From a virus: a DNA stretch of 64,000 nucleotides. The first letter of the stretch is position 1. Each line of letters begins with the position of its first letter. The DNA lies in the IMG/VR virus record IMGVR_UViG_3300025769_000077, positions 1 through 64,000 of that record; one strand, written 5' to 3'. A model generated the notes under the pieces. That model worked only from the letters and a program-made list of their open reading frames with translations. It searched no databases and was not told the DNA's origin. The position numbers and the translations under genes were made by a program. Positions 57,702 to 64,000 of the stretch are shown here, piece by piece.

Positions 57702-58226
57702 ATGGAAATCAAAGATTATCAAAAGATTATTGAGCAAACAGCTGTGTATCCGACAACAGTACATAACTTTGGATTAGCTTATGCATGGTTAGGTCTTATA
57801 GACGAGACTGATGAGTTTCTTAATTCTTTATCAGAAGAAGATGAAGATGCATCTATTAAAGAAATGGGTGATGTAATTTGGTACATTACTGCTATCTGTA
57901 AAGAATGTGATATTGAATTAGAAAATATAATGGAGTTAGTAGAAGATGAAGCTTTCTATATGTCTATAGATGAAGAAATAACTCCTATTCCTGGTTATAC
58001 CGGTAAAATCAAAAAGCATTACAGAGATAAGAAAGTAATTGATATTGAAGAACTTACTGAAGTATTAGCTCATCACATTCTAACTTTAGAGAATCAGTTT
58101 GAAGGAGTTTATGATGATGTGTTTGATTACTCAGACGTATTAAATAGAAACTACGACAAACTTATAGCTCGTAGAGCAACTAATACTCTTCACGGAGATG
58201 GTGATAATAGAGAATTAGAAGCTTAA
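57702..58226 (+). CDS. MazG-like NTP pyrophosphohydrolase
   Basis: YQ..TAVYP, LGLIDETDE, KEMGDVIWY, LHGDGDNR. Confidence 0.8.
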   Translation: MEIKDYQKIIEQTAVYPTTVHNFGLAYAWLGLIDETDEFLNSLSEEDEDASIKEMGDVIWYITAICKECDIELENIMELVEDEAFYMSIDEEITPIPGYTGKIKKHYRDKKVIDIEELTEVLAHHILTLENQFEGVYDDVFDYSDVLNRNYDKLIARRATNTLHGDGDNRELEA

Positions 58227-58319
58227 ATTTAATTGCGTCATTAATTTAGACTGAAGTTTTTAGTTTATTGGGAGTAGAAGGTACGGAAACGTACCTTTGC
58301 TATCCTTAAAAATTAATAA

Positions 58320-60170
58320 ATGCAATTAAACAATGAAATTTTATCGGATATTATTGTGCATATGAAATATGCTCGATATATCCCAGAACTACAACGTAGA
58401 GAGACTTACGAAGAGATTGTTAATCGGAACAAAGAAATGCATATTAGAAAGTTTCCAAACTTGGAAAGTGAAATTAACGAAGCATATGAATTTGTATACC
58501 GAAAAGAAATCCTTCCAGCTATGCGATCTTTTCAATTTGCGGGTAAACCTATTGAATTAAACAATGCACGAATGTTTAATTGTAGTTACGCACCTATAGA
58601 TGATCATAGAGTATTTTCTGAAGGTATGTTTCTACTATTAAGTGGTTGTGGATTTGGATATTCAGTACAAAAAAGTCACGTTGAACAATTACCTGAAATA
58701 CAAAAACCTACTAAAGAACGTAAATTTGTTATAGGTGATAGTATTGAAGGATGGAGTGATTCAGTTAAGTATCTAATTAAATCTTATATGGGAATGGGTT
58801 CTAAACCTAGATTTGTATTTGATGATATTAGAGAAAAAGGAGCATTACTTGTAACATCAGGTGGTAAAGCTCCTGGTCCGGAACCATTAAAACGTTGTCT
58901 AAATGAAATTGAAATGATTTTAGATAGCAAAGAGAATGGTTCTAAGTTAACTCCTATTGAATGTCATTCTATTATGTGTCATATAGCAGATGCAGTATTA
59001 GCAGGTGGTATTCGTAGAAGTGCAATGATAGCTCTATTTTCATTTGATGATGAAGACATGCTTACATGTAAGTCAGGTAACTGGTGGGAGTTAAATCCTC
59101 ATTTTGGTAGAGCTAACAATTCTGCTGTTGTATTGACAAACAGAGTAACTAAATCTGAATTTGAAAACTTTTGGAAAAAAGTTGAAGCATCTAAAGCAGG
59201 TGAACCTGGTATCTATTTTACTAATGATCCGGAGTACGGAACCAACCCTTGCGTTGAGACCAGTCTTAGACGTAATACATTCTGTAACTTAGTAGAGATT
59301 AATGGAGCTAATGTAGATAATCAAGAAGACTTTAATGCAAGATGTAAAGCAGCATCTTTTATTAATACTCTTCAAGCTTCTTACACAGACTTTCATTATT
59401 TAAGAGAGATATGGAAACGTAATACAGAGAAAGATGCTCTTATTGGAGTTGGAATAACCGGTATAGCAGCAGGTAAATTAGATGAAATAAATATTCAAGA
59501 AGGAGCTGCTATTGTTAAGTTAGTCAATGAGATAACAGCTGAGAAAATAGGTATTAGACCTGCAGCAAGAACTACTGTTATTAAACCTGCAGGAACTTCA
59601 TCTCTTGTATTAGGAACTTCGTCTGGTATTCATGACTATCATGATAAATATTGGATTAGAAGAATTAGAGTAGGAAAGAATGAAGCTATTTATTCGTACT
59701 TATCAATTAATCATCCTGAAATATTAGAAGATGAAATATTCAGACCAACGGAACAAGCAGTTATTTCTGTTCCACAAATGGCTCCAGAAACGGGTACTAC
59801 CCGTCATGATTCTGTTAACAGTTTACTTAATAGGATATACAGATTCAATGAAAAGTGGGTACGAGCAGGACACAATACTGGTCCTAACTATCATAACGTA
59901 TCTGCTACTGTCAACATTAAGGATGATGAGTGGAATCAAGTAGGAGAATGGATGTGGACGTTTAGAGACAAATTCCACGGATTAAGTGTTTTACCTTTTG
60001 ATGGGGGAACTTATCAACAAGCTCCTTTTGAGTCTTGTACAAAAGAGACTTATGATGAATTGGTTAAACAATTACATTCAATTGACTTAACTAAAGTAGT
60101 TGAGTTACAAGATAATACAGACCTCAAAGGTGAAGCTGCGTGTGCAGGTGGAGCTTGTGAGATAGTATAA
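58320..60170 (+). CDS. nrdJ: Class II (B12-dependent) ribonucleotide reductase
   Basis: FNCS, GGIRRSA, TNPCVE, IKPAGT, C-terminal CAGGACE; no beta subunit nearby. Confidence 0.88.
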   Translation: MQLNNEILSDIIVHMKYARYIPELQRRETYEEIVNRNKEMHIRKFPNLESEINEAYEFVYRKEILPAMRSFQFAGKPIELNNARMFNCSYAPIDDHRVFSEGMFLLLSGCGFGYSVQKSHVEQLPEIQKPTKERKFVIGDSIEGWSDSVKYLIKSYMGMGSKPRFVFDDIREKGALLVTSGGKAPGPEPLKRCLNEIEMILDSKENGSKLTPIECHSIMCHIADAVLAGGIRRSAMIALFSFDDEDMLTCKSGNWWELNPHFGRANNSAVVLTNRVTKSEFENFWKKVEASKAGEPGIYFTNDPEYGTNPCVETSLRRNTFCNLVEINGANVDNQEDFNARCKAASFINTLQASYTDFHYLREIWKRNTEKDALIGVGITGIAAGKLDEINIQEGAAIVKLVNEITAEKIGIRPAARTTVIKPAGTSSLVLGTSSGIHDYHDKYWIRRIRVGKNEAIYSYLSINHPEILEDEIFRPTEQAVISVPQMAPETGTTRHDSVNSLLNRIYRFNEKWVRAGHNTGPNYHNVSATVNIKDDEWNQVGEWMWTFRDKFHGLSVLPFDGGTYQQAPFESCTKETYDELVKQLHSIDLTKVVELQDNTDLKGEAACAGGACEIV

Positions 60171-60437
60171 AAACATACAGGTGTTACCACCTGTTTTTTA
60201 AATTAAATAAAATGGAAAAGAATAAAGAATTTAATTGTGCTGATAAAGACATGGGTTTACGTAAATGTTCGGTACAATGTAATTATTGTAAAAAAAGAAA
60301 CTAATGTTTAACAGATTACCCAAACATTTCAAAGTTGAGGATATTATCCCTAATTCTCAAAAAGCTCTGTCTAATAATGACATAGAGTTATATGTACAGT
60401 ATGTAACGTTTTATAAATATTTTATAGCTTAATCAAA

Positions 60438-61364
60438 ATGGAAATGATTTTAAATTTAACACCAGGATTCAATCCTACAAATGCACTAGAAGAAGAATGT
60501 ATCGATTTTAAACATTTTAAGTTTGCTAGTGGTGAACATCACATAGTTATCAAGGATGACTTTAATGAGTTCGGTGAACCAACTGATGTGAATATTACTA
60601 CTAGAATTAATTCTATGGATGATTTAGGTAAGCTTATGGTAGCTGTAGATGCTTTAAGTCAAACTGGATGGTTGGGTAACAAGTGGTTAACTATACCTTA
60701 TTTTCCTGGTAGTAGACAAGACAGAAGAAATCAATACGGAGAACCTTTAACTGTTAAGATTTATGCTGATATTATTAATGATATGGAATTTGATGGTGTA
60801 AGTATATGGGATCCACATTCAGATGTAACTTCTGCTTTACTTGAAAACGTATCAGTAATAAACAATCACAAATTTGTAGATAGATGTTTAACTGACATGG
60901 ATCCAAATGATACAACAGATTACTTAATTGTATCTCCGGATGCAGGTTCTCTTAAGAAAGTTAATTCTTTATTAAAGCATTTCAATTTTGGTAGTAATAG
61001 ATTACTAAAGTGTGATAAAGATAGAAACCCTCTTACTGGTAAAATAGAATCATTTGAAGTACATTCTCCGGATTTAACCGGTAAGACATGTGTCATAGTA
61101 GATGATATATGTTCAGGCGGTGGTACTTTCATAGGATTAGCTAAAGAACTTAAAGAGTTAGGTTGTCATGATATATATCTTATTGTAACTCATGGTGAGT
61201 TCGGTAGAGATGTATCTTCAACCTTAAATAAACTTAGTGATCATTTCAATAAAGTATACACATCTAATTCAATTAGAGATTACAATAAGAAATGGCATGA
61301 AGCTATAGAACATTACAACGGAACTAATTATTCAAACTTTTTGATTACTAAAGACTATGTCTAA
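60438..61364 (+). CDS. Ribose-phosphate pyrophosphokinase-like protein (Adps-like, NARP1)
   Basis: PYFPGSRQDR, DPHS, VSPDAGS, IVDDICSGGGTF, VTHG. Confidence 0.85.
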   Translation: MEMILNLTPGFNPTNALEEECIDFKHFKFASGEHHIVIKDDFNEFGEPTDVNITTRINSMDDLGKLMVAVDALSQTGWLGNKWLTIPYFPGSRQDRRNQYGEPLTVKIYADIINDMEFDGVSIWDPHSDVTSALLENVSVINNHKFVDRCLTDMDPNDTTDYLIVSPDAGSLKKVNSLLKHFNFGSNRLLKCDKDRNPLTGKIESFEVHSPDLTGKTCVIVDDICSGGGTFIGLAKELKELGCHDIYLIVTHGEFGRDVSSTLNKLSDHFNKVYTSNSIRDYNKKWHEAIEHYNGTNYSNFLITKDYV

Positions 61365-61734
61365 TCCTGTCAACGATCTACTTACTGTGTATGAAGAACA
61401 CGGTACTATAATCGTTGGAGTTGATTTTGATGACACAATATTCCCTTATAATAAGCGTAGTAAAACACAATGTGAAACTGTAAGGGAAGTATTGTTGCAA
61501 GCAAGACCTTACATTACTATATGTCTATATACAATAGCAGATGAACAATCTCTAAAGTACAAATTAGCACTTATGGAAATGTGGGGTCTAACTCCCGATT
61601 ATGTAAACGAATCACCGGTAAAGATGTCCGGTCCTAAACCTTATTTCAATTTACTATTGGATGATAAAGCAGGTTTATTTGAAGCTACATCTACTTTACG
61701 AAAATTTAAAAATATGATAAATGAAATTAACTAA
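61357..61734 (+). CDS. HAD-superfamily phosphatase-like protein
   Basis: GVDFDDTI and LLDDKA motifs. Confidence 0.7.
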   Translation: MSNPVNDLLTVYEEHGTIIVGVDFDDTIFPYNKRSKTQCETVREVLLQARPYITICLYTIADEQSLKYKLALMEMWGLTPDYVNESPVKMSGPKPYFNLLLDDKAGLFEATSTLRKFKNMINEIN

Positions 61735-62158
61735 CATGCAGTTAGATATACTAACTGATGAAATATACAAAAGTGTATTAGATAAAATAAACACTATTAA
61801 ATCAAGTAAGAAGTTTCAAGCTTTACTTAAGAAAGTAAAGAAAGACTTTAAATTTGATCAATTAAATGAAATTATTGAAAAAAATAATTCACTTTCGGAT
61901 CAGATAAATAAACTTAGAGATGAACAATCTAAGTTGAGAAAAGAGTATTGCGATATATTAGGGACATCTCTTCATTATCGCAATGTAGATTCAGATACCT
62001 CTCGTATAGAACAAGATTGTAAAGATAAAGCATTAAAAGAATTAACTTCTGATTTGCCTACTAAGAATTCAATCAAGTCAGCTATTGTATTAGAAGCAAT
62101 GTCTGGTAGTAATAATATCCTTGAAGCTATAAAAACTAAATTTGAATTAAATGATTAA
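61721..62158 (+). CDS. Hypothetical coiled-coil protein
   Basis: ORF overlapping both neighbours. Confidence 0.55.
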   Translation: MKLTNMQLDILTDEIYKSVLDKINTIKSSKKFQALLKKVKKDFKFDQLNEIIEKNNSLSDQINKLRDEQSKLRKEYCDILGTSLHYRNVDSDTSRIEQDCKDKALKELTSDLPTKNSIKSAIVLEAMSGSNNILEAIKTKFELND

Positions 62159-63692
62159 TCCATTTTTACTTACTGATGGTTATAAGACAAGTCATCATAA
62201 GATGTATCCAGAAGGTACAACTTTAGTATTCTCTAATTTCACACCTAGAAGTGAAAAACATGCTTTAGTTAAGACCGGTTACATATTACACTTTGGTTCT
62301 CAAATGGTAATACAACAAATTCATGAACTATTTCAAGAAGGTTTCTTTAATAGAAATAGACAAGAAGTTCTTGAAGAAATTAATAAAGAGTATTCTGCAT
62401 ACTTAGGTACAGATTATGATGTAAGTCATATAGATGCATTACATCAATTAGGTCACTTACCAATAAGTGTTCAAGCTCTTTCTGAAGGTGTACTAGTTCC
62501 TATAGGTATACCTGTAATGAAGGTATGGAATACTCATCCTGATTTCTATTGGATAACTAACTTCCTTGAAACTATTATTTCTAACTTATATTGGAAACCT
62601 ATAACCTCAGCAACTATAGCATATGAATATCGTAAGTTATTACAAGATTATGCTTTAGCTACTGATAAAGACAACTTAGGTGTAGTTGCTTTCCAAGGTC
62701 ATGATTTCTCTATGAGAGGTATGGATAGTGTAGAAGCTACTATGAGTAGTGGATTAGGTCATGCTGTATCTTTCTTAGGTTCTGATAGTTTACCTGTTAT
62801 ACATGCAGCACGTAAGTATTATGAAGCTGATGGAGATGTAGTGTATTCTGTACCAGCATCTGAACACTCAGTAATGTGTGCAGGTACTAAAGACGATGAG
62901 ATAGAAACATTAAGATACTTAATGAAACAATATCCTACTGGTATTCTTTCAGTTGTGTCAGATACTTGGGACTTATGGAAACTTATTACTGAATACCTAG
63001 TAGAGCTTAAAGATGAAATCTTAGCAAGAGATGGTAAACTAGTAATTAGACCTGATTCAGGAGATCCAGTAGATATTATTTGTGGTACATTTAATTTTTC
63101 TAAAGATAAAACAATATTTGGAGCAGATCCTACTTTAGATACAGTAAGAATTACTGAAGAAAAAGGAGTAGTAGAACTTCTTTGGGATATATTTGGTGGT
63201 ACTGTAAACGAACAAGGTTACAAAGTGTTAGATTCACATATTGGATGTATCTATGGTGATTCAATTACCTTAGCAAGAGCTGAAGATATCTGTAGTAGAT
63301 TAGAAGCTAAAGGATTTGCATCTACTAATGTTGTGTTAGGTATAGGTTCTTACACTTATCAGTATAACACAAGAGATACATATGGATTTGCAATGAAAGC
63401 TACTTATGTAGAGGTTGAAAATCCAAATATAATGTTGATGTCTAACCCTCCTCAACCTAAAATTGAAGGTAGAGAAATCTTTAAAGATCCTGTTACTGAT
63501 GATGGTACTAAGAAATCTGCTAAAGGTTTGTTAGCTGTACATGACAAAGACGGAATTTATGAACTTAAGCAACAATGTACTTGGGAAGAAGTTCAAGAAG
63601 ACGATACCATTTTAATATACAAAGATGGTAAGATCTTAGAGAGAGTGTCATTAAATGATGTTAGAAATCGAGTATCTAAGTTACTTGAGTAA
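62151..63692 (+). CDS. Nicotinamide phosphoribosyltransferase-like protein (Namat-like, NARP1)
   Basis: LTDGYKTSH, HDFSMRG, VPASEHS, VSDTWD, IRPDSGDP, IYGDSI, KDPVTD. Confidence 0.9.
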   Translation: MINPFLLTDGYKTSHHKMYPEGTTLVFSNFTPRSEKHALVKTGYILHFGSQMVIQQIHELFQEGFFNRNRQEVLEEINKEYSAYLGTDYDVSHIDALHQLGHLPISVQALSEGVLVPIGIPVMKVWNTHPDFYWITNFLETIISNLYWKPITSATIAYEYRKLLQDYALATDKDNLGVVAFQGHDFSMRGMDSVEATMSSGLGHAVSFLGSDSLPVIHAARKYYEADGDVVYSVPASEHSVMCAGTKDDEIETLRYLMKQYPTGILSVVSDTWDLWKLITEYLVELKDEILARDGKLVIRPDSGDPVDIICGTFNFSKDKTIFGADPTLDTVRITEEKGVVELLWDIFGGTVNEQGYKVLDSHIGCIYGDSITLARAEDICSRLEAKGFASTNVVLGIGSYTYQYNTRDTYGFAMKATYVEVENPNIMLMSNPPQPKIEGREIFKDPVTDDGTKKSAKGLLAVHDKDGIYELKQQCTWEEVQEDDTILIYKDGKILERVSLNDVRNRVSKLLE

Positions 63693-63695
63693 ATT

Positions 63696-63727
63696 AAAGG
63701 AGAGTATAATTACTCTCCTTTTTTTTA
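63696..63727. terminator. Bidirectional terminator between convergent genes
   Basis: AAAGGAGAGTA/TACTCTCCTTT followed by T-tract. Confidence 0.85.
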
Positions 63728-63733
63728 TACGCC

Positions 63734-64000
63734 TTATCTATTAAAGTATTTTAGTTTTTCATCCGGATCAAACCAGTCTTCTACTGTATCTACAATAGGA
63801 ACAGTTTTCTTAAGTGAATGCCAGAAATAAGTATCTCCTGCATTAGGACCTGATTTGTATTCTCTGATAAAAGGATCATCTGAAAATATAGAATTTAAAT
63901 CAAAAGATTTCGTAATTAAACCAATTGTAGTGTTTAACATGTCTACACCTGCAGCTGGTGATTTAAGTAACTTAGGTAATTCAGTAGGGTTCCAAAAGAA
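63734..64000 (-). CDS. 3' end of a large virion protein (partial), probably of the crAss giant-protein/RNAP cluster
   Basis: Frame open to window edge (FFWNPTELPKLLKSPAAGVDML..YKSGPNAG). Confidence 0.5.
   Translation of the reverse strand, partial: FFWNPTELPKLLKSPAAGVDMLNTTIGLITKSFDLNSIFSDDPFIREYKSGPNAGDTYFWHSLKKTVPIVDTVEDWFDPDEKLKYFNR

Noticed and set aside
53753-58226. 2-aminoadenine (Z) or deazaguanine genome pathway
   Set aside because: No PurZ, DatZ, Que or DpdA genes in the window
17236-60170. Introns or inteins in TerL, PolB, DnaB or RNR
   Set aside because: Lengths are compact and motifs contiguous
2219-61132. Short antisense or out-of-frame ORFs in the ORF track (e.g. 2219..2407, 6148..6456, 15269..15568, 24587..24973, 59731..59943)
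   Set aside because: Shadow ORFs overlapping well-supported genes, with no recognisable motifs
1-64000. Stop-codon reassignment as in some crAss-like phages
   Set aside because: TerL, portal, MCP, PolB and RNR are uninterrupted in the standard code, and TAG/TGA end genes normally

Overview
AT-rich segment of a crAss-like (Crassvirales-type) phage of a Bacteroidota, probably Flavobacteriia-type, host; standard genetic code. 1-24.5 kb (minus strand): virion and packaging module with LamG-like receptor-binding protein, Mtd_N-type fibre proteins, crAss-type conserved block (gene 73/74/75 equivalents, major capsid protein, scaffold, portal, TerL), GroES-like, HU/IHF-like and RepL-like genes, with host-type TAnnTTTG promoters. 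About 24.5 kb: strand switch. 24.6-38.3 kb (plus): small accessory genes separated by long, highly structured intergenic regions, including a twister ribozyme and a tRNA-like element. 38.4-63.7 kb (plus): PolB, SF2 helicase, DnaB, AAA/Sak4-like, SSB, primase, then a putative ubiquitin-like conjugation operon (Ubl, E2-like, JAB, E1/ThiF) whose Ubl gene has a candidate -1 frameshift signal. After it come nucleases, UNG, nucleotide-pool enzymes, an SplB-like radical SAM enzyme, class II RNR and a Prs-like plus Nampt-like (NARP1-type) pair. The window ends in the 3' end of a convergent large virion gene. All calls come from motif recognition and by-eye base pairing; no database search or folding program was run.
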